Shown here: piece after piece, positions 13,725 through 27,099 of the stretch | Layout of the letters: every line of letters starts with the position of its first letter | Position numbering within the stretch: position 1 is the stretch's first letter | Assembly (NCBI RefSeq): GCF_964204865.1 | Contig: NC_135252.1 | Coordinates: 16,120,001-16,184,000, forward strand | Direction: 5' to 3' | Origin: Styela clava | Lineage: Eukaryota | DNA: 64,000 nt | Notes under the pieces: model-generated | The model's input: the letters and a program-made list of their open reading frames with translations, nothing else | What the model was told of the DNA's origin: nothing | The model's database searches: none | Position numbers and translations under genes: made by a program

Positions 13725-15409
13725 CCTAGTAAGTAGTAACACGTCAAATAAGCAAGACTATGACCTCTAATTCCAAAAATGTTTAAAGACATAAAGATGA
13801 AGAATGACCTCAAAATCACGAAATTGGGCATGTTCCAAATATTTCGTGGCGCTAAGTTGAGGCCACTGGCGCTGCCTTCATTAGTCGGGACTCGGGGGAT
13901 CATTGAGCATGGTTTCATTAAGCATGATAGTTTACTGAAAATAGTCATAATTCGCCCACGGTCGGCTCACTACCCATGAGTGATGCGTTATTACGTCATC
14001 AGTTTGCTATATTATGAAGCTTGCGGAAGAGGATTTCCGTTTAAATTCATTTGCGTATTTGAAATGGTTTTGTTGGTTGAAATAACTGAAAAGATATACA
14101 TAGATATACTGAGGCATTAGGATAAAGTAGGAGGTCGTGGCATCTGCCAATCATCTCTGCGTCGGTACTCGGTACCATAAGCTATCAAAGTGGAGTAGGG
14201 GCAGAGTATTTCTGATTTTCTGTGATTGCATTTATTGGATGGTAATTGAAGGTTTATACCAGGATAATAGCACAAAAGTAGGAATTCAGTTACTCCCAGG
14301 TAGGGATGGGCAATAAAGAATACCGAATCCGGAGGATTTGAATCCTCGGGACTCGGTTTTCGGCGCCGATTTTGTATTTCGGATTTATAATTTATTAATC
14401 TGTCTCGCGTGATTATACTTGTGTTTTCTTGCAAAGAGCTCGCAAACGCGTTTGCGTCAGATATCGAAAACCGTAATCCCAGTTTGAATATTTAGAACCC
14501 GAAGACGGCGTTATTGCACCATTTTATTGATTATCATCGATTTTTCGAATGCAACAATCTTATTTTTTTGGAATAGTATAACATTCTTTATTTTATATTA
14601 AATGACTTTTCGAGTTCTCCCGGAAAATGATGAATACTCGACGTTAGATGATAAAACATTATTTGCGATTAATTTAGATCAAATTTTGCTTTTCACGACA
14701 TCAGGTTTCCAAAAATACGAAGTTATAACACAAAACAATGCGCTTTGTTTATTTTTGCGCTCCCAACATATATCTTGGATTTCGATTCGCTGATGAATCC
14801 TTTCCTATCGCTTAAGAGCGACACACGCCTGGCCGGGTGTCGGACGGTATTTTAGTCGACGATAAATTAAAAAAGTTGGGATGATAACTGGAAATAAAAA
14901 TTTGGTAACAGAAATGAACTTGTCCCAAGATATTAATATATATATATGAGTTTGGCTCTCAGAAGCAATCGTTTTCTGTCAAAGGCACAAGACATTCAAA
15001 CAATATATAACGATCATATCATATCAGTCCGATAACCTACATCCTCCTTAGGGTTCCAATACATTTGAACCCACGCCATTTGCACCTGTATACTACTGCA
15101 GCTATGGAAATTTTTTTAGTTTTGCGGATATTTGAACCCATACTAACCCTAACCCATGGATTTTAGCACCTGTATATAGATTGAACCCGCGCATATACAC
15201 ATGGGTTCAAATGTACGGTCACCCCTCCTCAGACACACACGCAACAATATCGCGTTGAGAGAATACCATGGCGCATCACTCAAGCGTAACGAGAGAACTG
15301 TGTAACATAAATAAACAAAGACGAAAAAAGCGTGAACCAACTATATTAAGTTAACTATGATTGAGGTGTATATGTATACTGTGTATCGTATAATATATAT
15401 ACTGTATGA

Positions 15410-16824
15410 CAGGGGTCGGCAACCCCTGGCACGCGTGCCAATTGTAGTACGCGAGAGGATTTCTCATGACACACCAAGCGATTTGAGCCATATTCAAATA
15501 TTTATTTTCGTAGTGCGACAAACATTCTACAATTGAACAAAAAATAACAAATTCATTGAAAAAACATACAATATTTAACTGCAATCGACGAGAGGCCGAA
15601 ATCTGTACCCGAAATCGATGTAGATAAGCGTGTGCAGTCAATCATCCCCCTCCTTTCAAATTTTTGGAAAACTGAAAAAGTCGCAAATACCTCGTGCGAT
15701 TGCTTTTTGCTGAAAATCCTGATTGTTTTTATCAGCGTGACGTGTTATTTAGGCCGTAAACACTTTTAGTTGGTGTTTATTCTCCCTGAATCACAACAAT
15801 TATTTAACGACAACGATAATAATTACTTTATTTTTGCCCAGAATTGAAATTCGCTGAGAGTTATTACATAATCAATCGAAACTAAATACAATTAACCATT
15901 AAGCATGTTTATCTCATATTTTTACATCAAAAGATTGAGTGGTATTTCAGACAAATAATGTTTATATTTTGACGCAAGAAGACGTAACCGCGAGTTACGT
16001 TGGACACAAAATTATATCAATATAGAAGAAAGTTTTAGACTCTCGTAGCTGTCATAAAATGAATATTTTACTGAAGAGAAAAGTTGGTATACGCTGAAAA
16101 CCTCGGCCTTTTTAACGAGCGCGTAATCGCGGCGACTGTTCCATAAGGGAATGAAAATTTTCGGTTTTGAAACACCCCTTTCGAAAATCCTGACTGCGCG
16201 CCTGGCTGATTTTCATCATTCCACCGTGAGCTACATGTAACCCTAACAAAAACGATGAAATAAAGGCGCTCCGTAGTGTGTGCACCAAGATGGCGGACAC
16301 CGGAACGTAGAATGTGTACCAGGTTTTGGTTAGGGCACAATTTTATTCCAATTTTTCTTATTTCAGTTCTATTACTGTATTTCGAGTTTGGGGACTAGCC
16401 ACATGACTCCTGTAGTATTAGTACCTGAAATTATGGCCTAACCCCAACCTGGTACACATAATACGTTCCAGTGTCCGCCATCATGGTGCACATACTACGG
16501 GAGTACCAAAATAAATTTTATCTTTTTTAGTATTTATCGCGATTTCATTGTTTCTGGCTACAAAACTAATCGCGAGTGGCCTTATTTAATACCTATTACA
16601 AGTCGTCCAAAGACAGGTCGGATGTAGAAATGCCGTATGACGAAATCTCTCGTACGCTAGTTTCCATGCACGTTATCCAATAAAATGAATTTGTTTTTCA
16701 TCCCCTTACTATTCAAATCAGGTATAGTTGGCTATGCAAACCATACACATAAAAATGTTTGGCACGCGAAAGTGCTCATTATTCATATACTGGCACGCCG
16801 GGTTCAAAAGGTTGCCGACCCCTG
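15410..16824. mobile_element. Non-autonomous hAT transposon (1.4 kb) with a nested MITE
   Basis: TIR CAGGGGTCGGCAACC / GGTTGCCGACCCCTG with a perfect 8-bp TSD CTGTATGA. A left-truncated copy lies at ~27200..27829. Confidence 0.88.
16265..16507. mobile_element. Palindromic ~240-bp MITE (possibly PIF/Harbinger-type); other copies at ~21241..21475, ~27270..27512, ~31856..32055, ~41818..42060 and ~46734..46967
   Basis: ~70-bp terminal inverted arms (CTCCGTAGTGTGTGCACCAAGATGGCGGACACCGGAACG... / ...CGTTCCAGTGTCCGCCATCATGGTGCACATACTACGGGAG), GG..CC ends and AAA on both flanks. Confidence 0.72.
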
Positions 16825-18002
16825 CTGTATGATATATAACTCAATGGACCTTTACCCGAGCATCGACTTCCTTGTTTACTTCGCGACATTGGCCAATCAG
16901 CAGGATGCAAAAAGTGACGTAACAATGCTTCAATTTCGCATCCGCCAAAGTTCCCTCCCTCCCCCCCCCCCAAAGTTCGGAAATTTTGTTTTGCATGTCT
17001 CTTCGTACATGAAGTCCTATTTAGTAGACACTAAACTTAAATTTTACAATTTTTATTGAATTTTGTTCCAATGAGAATCCTATGGAATGGGACAGGCATA
17101 ATTACCATGGGATGGGATGGGGGACAGAAAAATATGTCCCATGGACAAGCCTGACAATTACACATTGTTATGTATCGCGGATTCGACAATCGCTATTTAG
17201 GGTTTCAAACGTCGAAGAATGATATCATTTTGTGATATATTTTTAAATCCCATTCTTTCGATGCCGCTACAGTTGGCAATATACCGTGCGATTTAAATAA
17301 TTTTATTTATCACTAGATGCTGAAAATTGCGCAATCGCTTGTCAAAGAGTAAAGGTGTCTAACTTAAATGTCAGAATTATCACGAAAAAAAGCATCATCG
17401 TCAGGGCCAACTATAAACAATAACATATCGGGAGGACGATTAAATTGTTGTAACGCGCACTGAATAATATTGTTTGGACCGCAAACCGTGATGCGCCGTA
17501 CATATAACGACGCCGTTGTGTTTAAGTAGAAGGTAGAATTTTTTCAAACGGACTGTTACGAACCTCGACCCCCCCCCCCCCCCCCCACAATTAAAATTAA
17601 ACCATTCGGCATCGCATAAGATAAAAGCATTTAGATATTTGAGAATATACCAAGCTTGGCAGCTTGACAGTAAAATAATTAAACTGATCCCTCCTTATTT
17701 TCAACTGGATTGAACTCTCCTTATTTGTTTATCCTAAATTCTAGAATGTACTATTTCCATAAACTGTTCCATATGTTTGTGAATGTATGCAAATATCGTT
17801 TATATATATGTATTCAATATATTTATAAGCTTTTACTTACAGCAACAGCATATGTTTCAATGCATGAATAAACAAAAGTATTTAATATTTACCAGAAAAA
17901 TGTATTAATAAGTTTCTGCAAACAGTATCAGCATATGCCTAAATGCACGAATGAATGCTGCAAATAAATATTGTTGCAATTTACGTAATGAATAATCTAG
18001 AA

Positions 18003-19068
18003 CAGTGGTTCTCAACCTTTTGCAGTTCCCGAATGCGTCCACAAACGTGGTTGGCGCAAGGAGACGCAACAGATAATTGCCAGACATTGCGTGAACGACC
18101 CTGTGACGAGAACCACTTTGCGAAAATTGAAATACTACCGAATAAATGAGTCTTTATACCTTCGAAAAACTCTATCTAAAAATAAATGAGTTTGTACAAC
18201 GTTGAAAAACTCTCACTTCAACTTTAAGAACAAAGTCTGCTAAGCATAAATTAACCGAACAGTTTTAACCGTAATAACATTTATTTAAGGAGAAATATGT
18301 CAATACAGAAACCCAAAATTCTTAGTATGGGGTCATAACAGATTAGTTTTGACATCATTGCATCTGAGGGGTCTTGCAATTAACATAGCCTGTCTCGTCG
18401 TTTAACTCAGGTTGCCCCCGATGTAAGCATATTTTTCATTATCGTACCACACCTGTTTTGCCGATGGTTGCTCTTGATTAAATAAATTTCATGATTTTTC
18501 TCGTTCGAAACGTCTCTCTGGTATCTCGGATAAATATTCCTGTCAAAATCGTATGACTTTGGTATAGATACATACTTGGCAATAGATGTACGCAATAGAA
18601 GTGGAAGTCAAAGCAAGAATTTTTACTTACATTTATGAAAATATATATAAAACCGGCAGCGTATGCAGCTGCCAGAACGCAACGTTCTGGCGTAGTTCCA
18701 CGGCGATGCGAGGGGTATTTTAACAAAAAATATAGAAAAAAATTGATTCAATACAAGCCCTTGTTTAAAAACAGGATGTTTTTTAGAATTGATAAAGTAC
18801 AAAACCCTAACTATGTGCTATCAAACTCCTCCGTTATGACGTTAGCCCCCGTTATGAGGCCATAGACTTAACAAACATCCAGCCGTTCAGGGTTTGAAAT
18901 GGGCAGAGGACTTCTCACCAAGTTCGGTTGTTAGACGAATATCGGTACTACGAATCAATAGGAGTTAAAATAAAATCATAAAACTAATGGATATGCCGTC
19001 AATACTTTATATTTTGCTTGACGGACCGGCAGCAACGTTGCCGCGGACCCGGCGGTCGAGAAACCTTG
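18003..19068. mobile_element. Non-autonomous hAT transposon (~1.07 kb)
   Basis: TIR CAGTGGTTCTCAACC / GGTCGAGAAACCTTG with a perfect 8-bp TSD ATCTAGAA. Confidence 0.85.
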
Positions 19069-22000
19069 ATCTAGAATCATTGCAGTATCACTAATAAGGG
19101 ACAAGTATTAAAACAAAATTATGTAACGTTGAACATTCGATGTAAATTTTCAGAGAATATTACTTATACATCATTTTGTGTCGTATATTTTAACACGGCA
19201 GAACAAATTCGGTTGTGCATGCCGACCTCGGCTCTTACCTGAACATCACCCCTAAAATCCTACAAAGCAGTGTACTACAAAACTATGTAACCAGATGCCG
19301 GTACTGTACTTGTCATCTACGTTTCCTTAGAATGCCGTTCCCATGGTGACCTCACTTTTTTTGTATGTAATGAGTGTTTTTTTTTCTTTCTTGTTGTTGA
19401 TGTAAACGTTTTTAATTTACATTGTTTGACTTTTATTACCGATTACTGTTGGACTTAATCACATTACACGATGGTGAAAAAATAGAAGACTGATTAGTTA
19501 CGGCCCTCTAATTTTGCGCAACTGCTCAATCTCTTTGCAAACCGTTTGTTGGCATTAAACAAAACGGTGATATTATTTACATACTATATTTCTAAATGAA
19601 CTTTGCTTGCCCCTTTAGATGGGCAGAGTCGTGATGATTATATTAAAGGCGACGGTATAACTTTATATTGTGCGTGGAATGAGTGACTGCTATTTAAAAC
19701 TTTGATATATACATATGTTTATCGAAAGCGCAAGTAGTGAATATTTTTGTCTCGACAAATATTATAAAGTTTCTTCTAACAATATCGACATTTGTCAAAA
19801 TGTTACACTGAAACTTTCTATGAATTATATACCAATGAGCTCCAATTCCCACTGAATATAACTTGGTAAATAATTTTGGTTAACATTTTAAGCTAAATTA
19901 TTCGACATTATCTACTATAAGCATAATAAATAATTGGTTTCAAGGTGATTATGTACCGGATATAATGACATTTTTACATTGGCATTATATTGAAATGATT
20001 CAGTCATTCAATATACAACGTGAGGAAAATCAACGCATTTCATTTTGTAAAAAATAGACAAGAATAGGCTTTTTGAAATTTTCATTACATACTTAATAAG
20101 ACATTTGATGTCATTTTTTTGGAAGAAACGTCTGCAATATGACTCCCTACAGCTGCAATACACCCTGAAAATTTTTATCACCCTCTGAGTGATTTCCCGT
20201 GAAATTCCATTTATTGTTTTTCAAATAGCAGCTTTCAGTCCATCAATGGTCTTGATCGGTTCTTGTACACCTCCCTTTAATTTACTCCCACAGAAAATAA
20301 TATGGAAATAATAAATAAGGTGAAAGGTCCTCCATCCATTGATTTTTTTTTCTGTATGGGAAGTTAGTCGAAACGATACTTTTGAATTTTAATTCCTAAA
20401 TATTGGCACCATGCAGCATCCGCACATAAAGAGCTGAAGTAAGCAAAACCTATTTTTTCCCTCCAACTGCACACCACACCCTCATGCCCTCGCTATGGAG
20501 AGGCTTTTTATGAAGCTCTCGAGGGTTTCTTCCTGCCCAGTACCAAAAAGTTTACTCATTGACAAAGCCAGATAAATTAAAATGGAATCCGTCACCGGTA
20601 ATCAGAATATCATCTGCAGGAATATTTTCAGTTACATGGGCTACTCCCTAATAGTAATAGAACATTTCACGATAAGTGCACGACGTTTACCTGCCCAAGC
20701 CATAAATATGCATCAACGATTTTTATGAAATTAATAATAAATCACTCGTTATTGAAATCTCACCCTGTAAAATTTGTATAAGGAAATTATTTAAAACTAA
20801 ATAATCCTATTACATAGTAGGCCTATCAGTATTCTAAACATGCGATTTCAATTGTCAAGAACAACGTGTAGTTACATAGTTAAATAAAACTTACATTCAT
20901 ACCAAACTAGAGGGCCCCATTTGCTAAACTTCGTAAAAAGCGAGTTTTACGAGCACACAACTGTGTCTCTCAAAATTTACGCACGATCGTTGTTGAACAA
21001 ATAAATGACCACGCAACAGTATGACTATGCCCCGTCAGTCACATGGATAGGGCAAGTATAGTTTGTAACAACCCGCTGTCTTGCTTTGCAATCATTCACT
21101 TAAAACTGATATTCATGCCGCTAGACAAGACATAAAAATGGTTCCATATTTTGGGACCATCAACTCTTTGGGAAATATCTTTCCCCGTTCGACGCAGCGT
21201 GGGGAAAAGCTAAACGATGCCGCTTCGTTGGTTTAACAAGATACTCATGTAGTATGTTAACCAAGATGGCGGACGCCGGAACGTGGTGCGTGTGCAGGGT
21301 TGGGGTTAAGCCATAAATTCAGGTACAAATACTACGGGAGTCACTTGGCTAGTCCCCGAACTCGTAATAGAACCAAAATAAGAAAAATTGGAATATAATT
21401 ATGTGCTAACCCTAACCTGGTGCATGTGCTGCGTTCCGGTGTCCGCCAACTTGGTGCACATACTACGGGAGCGCTAAAAGATGAGACCCGAACTAGTTGG
21501 GGCGTTGGAGTTCTAGAACAGAATCAGTAAACCCATTAAGTTGTATCTTGAAAAATAGTTCTTTTGATTGAGACCATTGAAGAAAATGGCAGTCAAACAA
21601 ACGACTGTCAAATCGACGGACAACAAATCGTCGTGAACTTTTTAATTAACTAATTTTGTTGTACCTTCGATTCTCAATGAGCGAGAAAAGGTTGTGCGAT
21701 GTTGTTTTATTGAAATGATAGAAAGGGATGGAATAAAGAATACTAATTATTATGACATTCGAGCCGAGAAAGGCACGAAAAGTACAACTGTGGAAGACCT
21801 TGTTATACCAAATGACCGTCCAGCGGTTATATTGCTTATTATTTAGTGTCGTCATCAAATTTCTGGTGACCTATTTATATTGCGTGATAGAGAAAAGTCA
21901 ATTTAACGTTAGCTGAAAAAGAAAACAGTAATCAAATTAGCACTGACAGAATTGTTGTTCCGAGCTCTATTGATTATCACAAATAGTTAATAGCAGTCAC

Positions 22001-22100
22001 GATTGTTTTAGTTATATTCATTTTCTGAACAAGTATAATAAACATACCAAAAGTAGTAACAATGAAAAACAAACCGAATTATATTGAATTACTTAAGTCA

Positions 22101-22197
22101 TGACTCATGAAATACGCAACTGCCAATACTATATAAACTAGCAGTTGCGAGCTAGTCTGCACATCATCTTCTATACAACTCAACAGGAACTTCTAAG
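22101..22197 (+). promoter_or_regulatory. Core promoter and non-coding exon 1 of AMP copy A1
   Basis: AP-1 TGACTCA 22101..22107, CCAAT 22123..22127, TATATAAA 22130..22137, donor AAG|GTTGGT at 22197/22198. The acceptor immediately precedes the ATG. Confidence 0.65.
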
Positions 22198-22284
22198 GTT
22201 GGTGTGAAAACTGTTTGAAAATTTTGAAACTTGCGTATATAAACAAACCTCTTTGTTAACTCGCCGAAATTTTATTTCATCCAG

Positions 22285-23404
22285 ATGAATTTAAAGCTTC
22301 TCACTATTTTGCTACTCGTTGTCTTGTTGACAATCGACCTTGGTGACTCATGGGGACGCAGAAGACGCCGACGAGGTGGTAGGGGAAGAGGAAGAAGCGT
22401 CTGGAGAAGGGTTAAAAAAGCTACCAGGAAAGTTGGCAAATTCTACAAGAGAAACAGGTTGGTCGGAAAACTTCGTATCGCACTTAAAGAAGCGTATTTA
22501 TTTAAAAGCAATCAATGTGAAAAGTTAACAATATTCGAAAGTAATAAAATTTGTGGTCAACGTTTGATTTCTTACTCATATATATCTAGCCCTATCACAA
22601 TACAACCTCCACACAACAATGTAAAGTGTTGTGCAAAAGAATAATAACGCAATAGTGTAAAGCAAGCTGAGAGCATTGATATATATTTGAAGGTCCATTT
22701 TCGAAAAATTACAAAATTATTTCTACCTAAGAGATCCGGATGTAATGAACCTCGGACTCTGAAAAACAAGTCATGAATCATGGCTAAACAAGTATACTGT
22801 CAACTTTTTACAGAAAAACCATTCATAGAGTTGGAAAATGGGTACTTCGTGGAGCCGCCGCGTATGACAACGAAGACCTGAACAGCTTAAATCAGCTTAA
22901 GAATCAGGTAATGTCGACAAACATTGCTGAATTAAAAAACGAAAACTATGTCCTTTTATAATACTTCTATATCTGCTATATCTTTCATCATCGGTATTTA
23001 CCAGTGTGCAAATAGATCAATTGTATGAATTGTTAATTTATTTCCAGAATCTGGAATCGTATCAAGAGTACCTGGACAACCTGGAAGAAGCAATGAGTGA
23101 AATGTATCCGGAAGAAGACATTGATCAACTCATGGAAGCATTGGACAATGTCGTTGACATGAACGACGGTTTGTATTTTCTAAAGAAATAAAAGAACTAT
23201 TCTCAGTCACAAACAACTGCTTTCAAATCCTTGAATCCTTATCCTTTCATGACCTTCATAAAATACTTATAATGTTTTCCAAATTCAGAGGATCGTAAAG
23301 ATTTATTTGCGACTGCAAACGAGGAGATGCCTGAATTTGAGCCAATTCAAATGCCAGATGGGTTCAAAGATGAATTGGCGATGAGAGTTGCAAATCTTGC
23401 GTAA
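22285..23404 (+). CDS. Styelin-related cationic antimicrobial peptide precursor, copy A1 (167 aa, intact)
   Basis: join(22285..22457,22814..22907,23048..23168,23289..23404), all GT-AG with phases 2/0/1. Translation: MNLKLLTILLLVVLLTIDLGDS|WGRRRRRRGGRGRGRSVWRRVKKATRKVGKFYKRNRKTIHRVGKWVLRG|AAAYDNEDLNSLNQLKNQNLESYQEYLDNLEEAMSEMYPEEDIDQLMEALDNVVDMNDEDRKDLFATANEEMPEFEPIQMPDGFKDELAMRVANLA*. Non-coding exon 1 ends at 22197 (intron 22198..22284). AATAAA at 23558..23563. Confidence 0.88.
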
Positions 23405-25150
23405 TCTTCTCATCCCACTTATCGGCAATTTATTTTTATATTCTCAAAAATATATTTGAATACATTCGAACAGTTCGGAACATGATGCAGTTTTTAATCA
23501 TCAACAAAATGGAAGTTATCTTGAAATCTAATGGCTTTAGATGGCTCTTTATTTTCAAATAAATGCCTGCTTTTTAACAGTATACCATATTCAGAAAAAT
23601 TTACCAAAAGACCTTCGCGATACTCACTTATTCAATTTGTTACTGTTTAAAAATATATTTTTGAAATGTAAAATAAAATCTTTGTCGGAAAACTCTTGTG
23701 GATATTTCACCTATACAGCGTTGGAAAGAATCGAGAGACCTTTTTCAAATATTCGACGAGTCATTCGAATGAAAAGATTCGACTCGAACTAGGAATCCAT
23801 TAACCGACAGAAAGACTTGTCTCGAAAATAGCAAAAAAGAATTAGATCAAATACGATTTACATGGTAAATCAAAGTTCTATTGGGGAAATCAAACATTTA
23901 CATAACATAGTTGCTTCGAAATCTCTTTTGACATGCCAGAACTTAGAAATCATTTCTGAAATATTGTGGTGCAACAATAAAATATTAGTCAAATATAGGA
24001 ATTCTGAAAGACAACTGATTTTCTGCAAAACAGGACTGTGGAGTCGGGAATCGGAGTCACAGTTTGACATATTTTCACCAAAGTCAGAGTCCCGGAAACC
24101 GAACTCCCCGGAGTCATGAGTTGTATTCCTCGGAGTCGGAATTGCAGATTTTCAATGATGATAAAAGAAGTCATATTTTCAACGGAAACACAAAAGACGC
24201 CAAGTTAATATGCAACTTCTATATATATTTGCTGTTAATCTGTATATATAAAATTGCTCAATGGAAATTTGAGTTCGTTACTTGTCTCAAGACGGCGCTG
24301 CAGAGCCACTGTGAGTTACATTTAACTCCAGTCATTCTTCGAGTAAGATTGACCATAATTGGACACGAAATGGCCCTCTGTATCGTTTGCTATTATGTTG
24401 TTGTTCTTGTTGGCATTTTTTTTTGCTTTTGTTGTTGTGAAAAAATCGCCTTTCTCATTAACTATCTGACCGATTACCTTGAAATTTACAGTGGCTGAAA
24501 TTGTTGTTGTCGTAGAAGGCTGTTACTTTAATTTATGTCAAAAATAGCTGTAAGCTCTATGCAGACCGGGTTACTATAATTTTAATTATGAACGGATACT
24601 TTGAAGGCAGTTTTTAGAATATAAACGATTTAAAATAAAATAAAAATGATATTTGGTTTTGTTATTCAGGTTGATAATACTTGCCCAAATATTTTCCTTT
24701 CAGAAGGTTAAAAAATTAATATACGGCCGAATAAATAATTTTTTTCTAAATTTGATAAACTTTACTCTCTATTAATGACGTCATCTTCAAAAAGGGACTC
24801 ACGTATGGCATCACCAAGCCCCTCAACGTATAAATCCGGCCCTGACTCAAAGGGAATCGTTTTTTTTTTGTGTAGTGATGTAAAAAAATTAAAAATTACT
24901 TTAGCGTTTCGCGACCACATGTCACCGATCTCTTGGAAAGTAGGCTATCGGTTCTGTAAAATATTTGCTACTACAGTCGTGACTCCAGTCATTTGGTATT
25001 TTCAATTCACGTTGAAACTGAATGCATGATCATCATCGTTAAAAAACCTGGGAAAGTTAAGTCAGTCCGGGTACCGGTACTTTGGTACTGGTAAGTTACT
25101 GTAGCTGTTCCACAGTTGCAGCTTCGTTCAGTATGATTTTGGGGGAGATT

Positions 25151-25389
25151 AAAATTCCCGGTTTGGCTTTTGTGTCAATATATTTGATCATTGCTCTCGT
25201 GTTTATATTTATCCTGCTATGGCTAACGTCGACATGGTTTCGATGCAAATATAGCAAAGACATTGGTCTAAAATTCCCGGTTTGGCTTTCGTGTCAATAT
25301 ATTTGATCATTGCTCTCGTGTTTATATTTATCCTGCTATGGCTAACGTCGACATGGTTTCGATGCAAATTTAGCAAAGACATTGGTCTA
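25151..25389. repeat. 119-bp direct tandem duplication
   Basis: AAAATTCCCGGTTTGGCTTT...CATTGGTCTA occurs at 25151 and 25270. It is single-copy in the paralogous blocks (~36680, ~53540). Confidence 0.85.
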
Positions 25390-26794
25390 ACTCTAAGCTA
25401 ATGCGTTGGCATGATGTGTGTTTTTGTATTCGATAGAAGAAGGCTAGGCAGTTATAGCGACGGCCATATTGGAAAAATATGCTAATTTAGATACACTGCT
25501 ATTTGATAAGCCAGTAGTCACGACCGGAAAGCGATCCAATAATCTGCTGCTCCTCGAGCGTAGGTTATAAAATTAAATATGGTGAAAATTAGCAACCGCC
25601 ATTTTGTCGCTAAATTTCAGTGACGCCTCGCGGGCCGGATATGGCCCATGGGCCGTAGATTGCCAACCCCTGGCCCAGAGTATCCCTGCCTTACTTTGAG
25701 TTCAGCTATAGAATATTCTTCTTTCGTCTTTGTTACGTCATTTTGCTCCAAATCACGTTCACAATAATTTACGTAGCTTGCTTTATTTGCATGCAAACCT
25801 CAAACAGACGAGTTATTGAAATGGATTTTTGGTTCATATATTCCCTATTAATTCAGAAGAGAACAAATCCATACGTGAGGTGAAGTAAATTTTCATCTAT
25901 TTTAACCGTTTTTTCATCATATCTGCCGAAAAGAAATCTTTTTGAGAGCTTGAAACATCGATACGATTGGGTACCCTATATTCACCAATAAAACACAAGA
26001 TATTAAATAGGTCATTTTTTTATATTGTCTCTCTCATGCAGGACGTGTAGTGCAGTGGGCATGAAAATAATTTTATTTTTAATATATAGTACTGGTCAGC
26101 GTAATGAGTAAGTTTTCACAGCTAAATGAGTATTTCATATATATATGATTCGAGTTTGTAAATCATTATTACGCTCCTCAGCATGTACAGTATAATTGTA
26201 TGTAAATCGGTTTCGCATTTTAGATAAAAATCAAATTCGGCCTGATGGATTTATTATTAAATAATATGCGTCAGCGTTATATGATTTCTGTTTCGAGCTA
26301 GATGTAAACCTATAACAAGTAGTCATGAACACGTGGAATTCATTCATTTTCTTTATTGCTAAAATATTTCAGGGATACTTATCGTAGGCTTGTGTAGTGC
26401 GTATTCGATAGCAATTCTCTGAATAAATATATACTATGTCAATCGCTTTTACACTCAAAAGAAATTTGTTCATTCAATTTTCTCTTTCTTTTAACTCTTT
26501 TTAATTTATTTAATTCCCTCTTTTCTCCCGTTAGACGTTTCACAATTTGGAGATCAACTGCGTGCGCATCAAACGATCTCTTCAAAGCAGCTTGTAATAT
26601 TCTGCTAGTCCGAAGTGGCTCGGTTTATTCCTGTTTTTCTTGGATGATCAAATATAAATATCATCCGACCTTTCCTGAAAAATGAATGTACATGGAATGC
26701 ATCAAAACTAGTAAGTTAACTCAACAAAGATTATAATTGTTAGTATTTATTGTTGTCAAAATTGAGATGAACAATGTAGAGCCAAGAAGAAAAA

Positions 26795-27099
26795 AACAAG
26801 AATATCGGTCAGAGACCGAAGACGTATCGATCGAAAGCTAGGGGATTCCACAAAACAGCGCTCTTACTCCATAGTGACACCTTGTGTCCCATCACTAATT
26901 AACTGATAACTCGCTAATTATACGACATAATTCGCCCAAAATAAAAAGGCTTCTGTTACGAGATATGATGAATGCACATGCAAACAAAATCTGCAGCAGA
27001 TCCAATTTCGCTTTCGTGAGATATCGCGTTCATCTAACAGACGGACAGACAGACAAATACCTATCAACATACTTACCGATTAAAATCGATAAGTAATAA
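26795..27099. mobile_element. DINE-1/HINE-like non-autonomous Helentron; other copies at ~55087..55343 and ~62763..63085
   Basis: Starts AACAAGAATATCGG within an A-run, contains a GACG/GACA microsatellite and ends in the hairpin ACTTACCGAT-TAAA-ATCGATAAGT. It is absent at the paralogous sites ~38000 and ~56670. Confidence 0.55.

Noticed and set aside
15140-15160. CTAACCCTAACCC telomere-like motifs (also within MITEs)
   Set aside because: Only 1-2 units embedded in small palindromic repeats, not an interstitial telomere array.
14117-17059. ORFs repeated almost identically at 14117/39672, 15351/40904, 16068/41621 and 16685/42238
   Set aside because: The conservation reflects the recent segmental duplication. 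Most overlap transposon sequence and none shows a protein motif.
22285-22457. Protamine or sperm nuclear basic protein interpretation of the Arg-rich region
   Set aside because: It is preceded by a clear signal peptide and followed by an acidic prodomain, which fits a secreted precursor.
22458-22644. C-terminal half of the 119-aa ORF 22285..22644 (and the equivalents at 32866 and 47778)
   Set aside because: Intron read-through. A donor at 22457/22458 and in-phase downstream exons conserved with paralogue B give a coherent protein.
24030-24498. 144-aa ORF and GGAGTC repeats (also ~34680 and ~52460)
   Set aside because: The frame is not preserved between duplicates. The repeats look like transposon subterminal motifs and lack regular spacers, so they are not CRISPR.
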